A model generated the notes under the pieces. It ran no database searches. It was not told where the DNA came from and worked only from the letters and a program-made list of their open reading frames with translations. A stretch of DNA of 64,000 nucleotides from Raillietiella orientalis (taxonomy: Eukaryota), in contig JAYWIR010000010.1 of assembly GCA_036172245.1 (NCBI GenBank), forward strand, positions 2,852,001-2,916,000. Reading direction: 5' to 3'. Shown here in pieces: positions 62,900 through 64,000 of this stretch (the first letter of the stretch is position 1; each line of letters opens with the position of its first letter). A program made the translations under genes and the position numbers.

Positions 62900-63900
62900 C
62901 GCACCATGCGAGCGACGAGGCTTGCGGCCATCTAGTGCCGCACCGAGCGAGCGCGGGGGATGTTCCTCGCATCCTCCCAAGAGCGCGCACTTCGTCCGCA
63001 TGGGCTCCGGCAGGCGGCGGCCTTGGGAGGCGCTGAGGATCGCCCTGGCGCTCACGGGTGAGCGACGGGACGCACTCTGGGAGAAGGGGACGCAGTGGCT
63101 ATCCGGATCTCGCTGATCCCAGAAGCTGGACAGCTCTGGGAAACGCTGGACCTTTCGCGGCTTTCTACAACGCTCTGAGCGCGTGGTTCTGCCATCCCCA
63201 GCTGGTGAATCCGAAGCGCCTGCCGGATCGACCAGCCGAGACGCTCGCCAGACGACCGAGAGCAGACCTGCCTAGTGGCCACCGGGAGACCACCACCGGC
63301 CTTCCGACCTGCACAACGCCGAGAGACACGAGGAGGGGAGCGTGGTGAAGGGCGAAAATCTGCTGCGACCGCGGACGGGCTGCGGGTTCGAGTTCCGGCC
63401 ATGCGGCAAAGTCCCCGCCTCACCCGTGGCTTAGCCTCGCGCACCGCGGAAACTTGAGCGAGCAGGTTTTGGCTCTGTATCGGAAAACCCTGCGGCGGAA
63501 ACAGGACTGTGGCTTTGAATACCGGAGGTGAGCGGAGAAAGTCCACGTCTCACCGGGAGAGAAACCGTATCTTTTTCAAGGGATCCCTCCGGAGGGTGTT
63601 TCCCATCTTCTGGACCCCTCCGACGATTCCTAGCGCAGCCCGGGGCAGGGAATCGCCAAAGTTCCTTTGCTTTCGATTCCGGAGAGGAAGCGCCTGGCTC
63701 CTTGCACCGCCTGCAGAGACACCGGTGCTAACTTGGAAAGGTGCTGACGAAAGCCGCCAGGTGCGTTAGGAAAAGTGACGGGAGGGAGCAATCCCCAGAG
63801 ACTCATCGGACAAAGCTGATGGGGCATGCTGTCCGGCGGCCTCTGGTGCTATCTCGGAGCTCTAGTCTCGAGGTCATACTCCGTGTCAGCGGCGGGGTTT
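62900..63900 (+). mobile_element. CRE-like non-LTR relic (pre-RT region and RT start), runs off the window
   Basis: HPPKSAH (HVPKxAR-like), FFKGS (FPxGS-like) and DKADGACCPAASG (DKxDGGVRPIAxG-like), in order. Confidence 0.4.
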
Positions 63901-64000
63901 TTTCCAACCCGACATAGCCTCGCTGCACAAGCGAGGCTCTCTTGCATTCAAGGAACTGTGATGCGATGGCAGAGCGCCCTCTCTCGGATGTACTGCCCGG

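Overview
This is GC-rich eukaryotic genomic DNA, most likely from an arthropod, judged from the two recognisable host genes. There are no prokaryotic operons, rRNA genes, intact tRNA genes or CRISPR arrays. Two spliced host genes can be reconstructed by eye. One is a complete 4-exon, 141-aa snakeskin/MARVEL-like four-pass membrane protein (+, 18842-23679). The other is the last two exons of a Sidestep/nephrin-like Ig receptor (-, 55371-56839; TM helix, NPDIIP motif, ESCV C-terminus). There are also a probable divergently transcribed orphan gene (-, starting 18547) and a lone signal-peptide exon (+, 8780-8911). Most of the rest is decayed transposons: about 9-10 DIRS/Ngaro tyrosine-recombinase retroelement relics, several CRE-like RLE non-LTR relics, one RTE LINE, and ISL2EU, piggyBac, hAT and possible Sola and EnSpm fragments. 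The most distinctive novel signal is a five-copy family of long (about 0.8-0.9 kb) tRNA-headed, A-tailed SINE-like elements whose body is a series of C(UUCG)G-capped hairpins. Other notable structures are a near-perfect 209-bp fold-back inverted repeat (44232-44668) and a 19-bp higher-order tandem array (517-736). TE assignments come from recalled motif resemblance in frameshifted relics; no database search was run, and relic boundaries are approximate.
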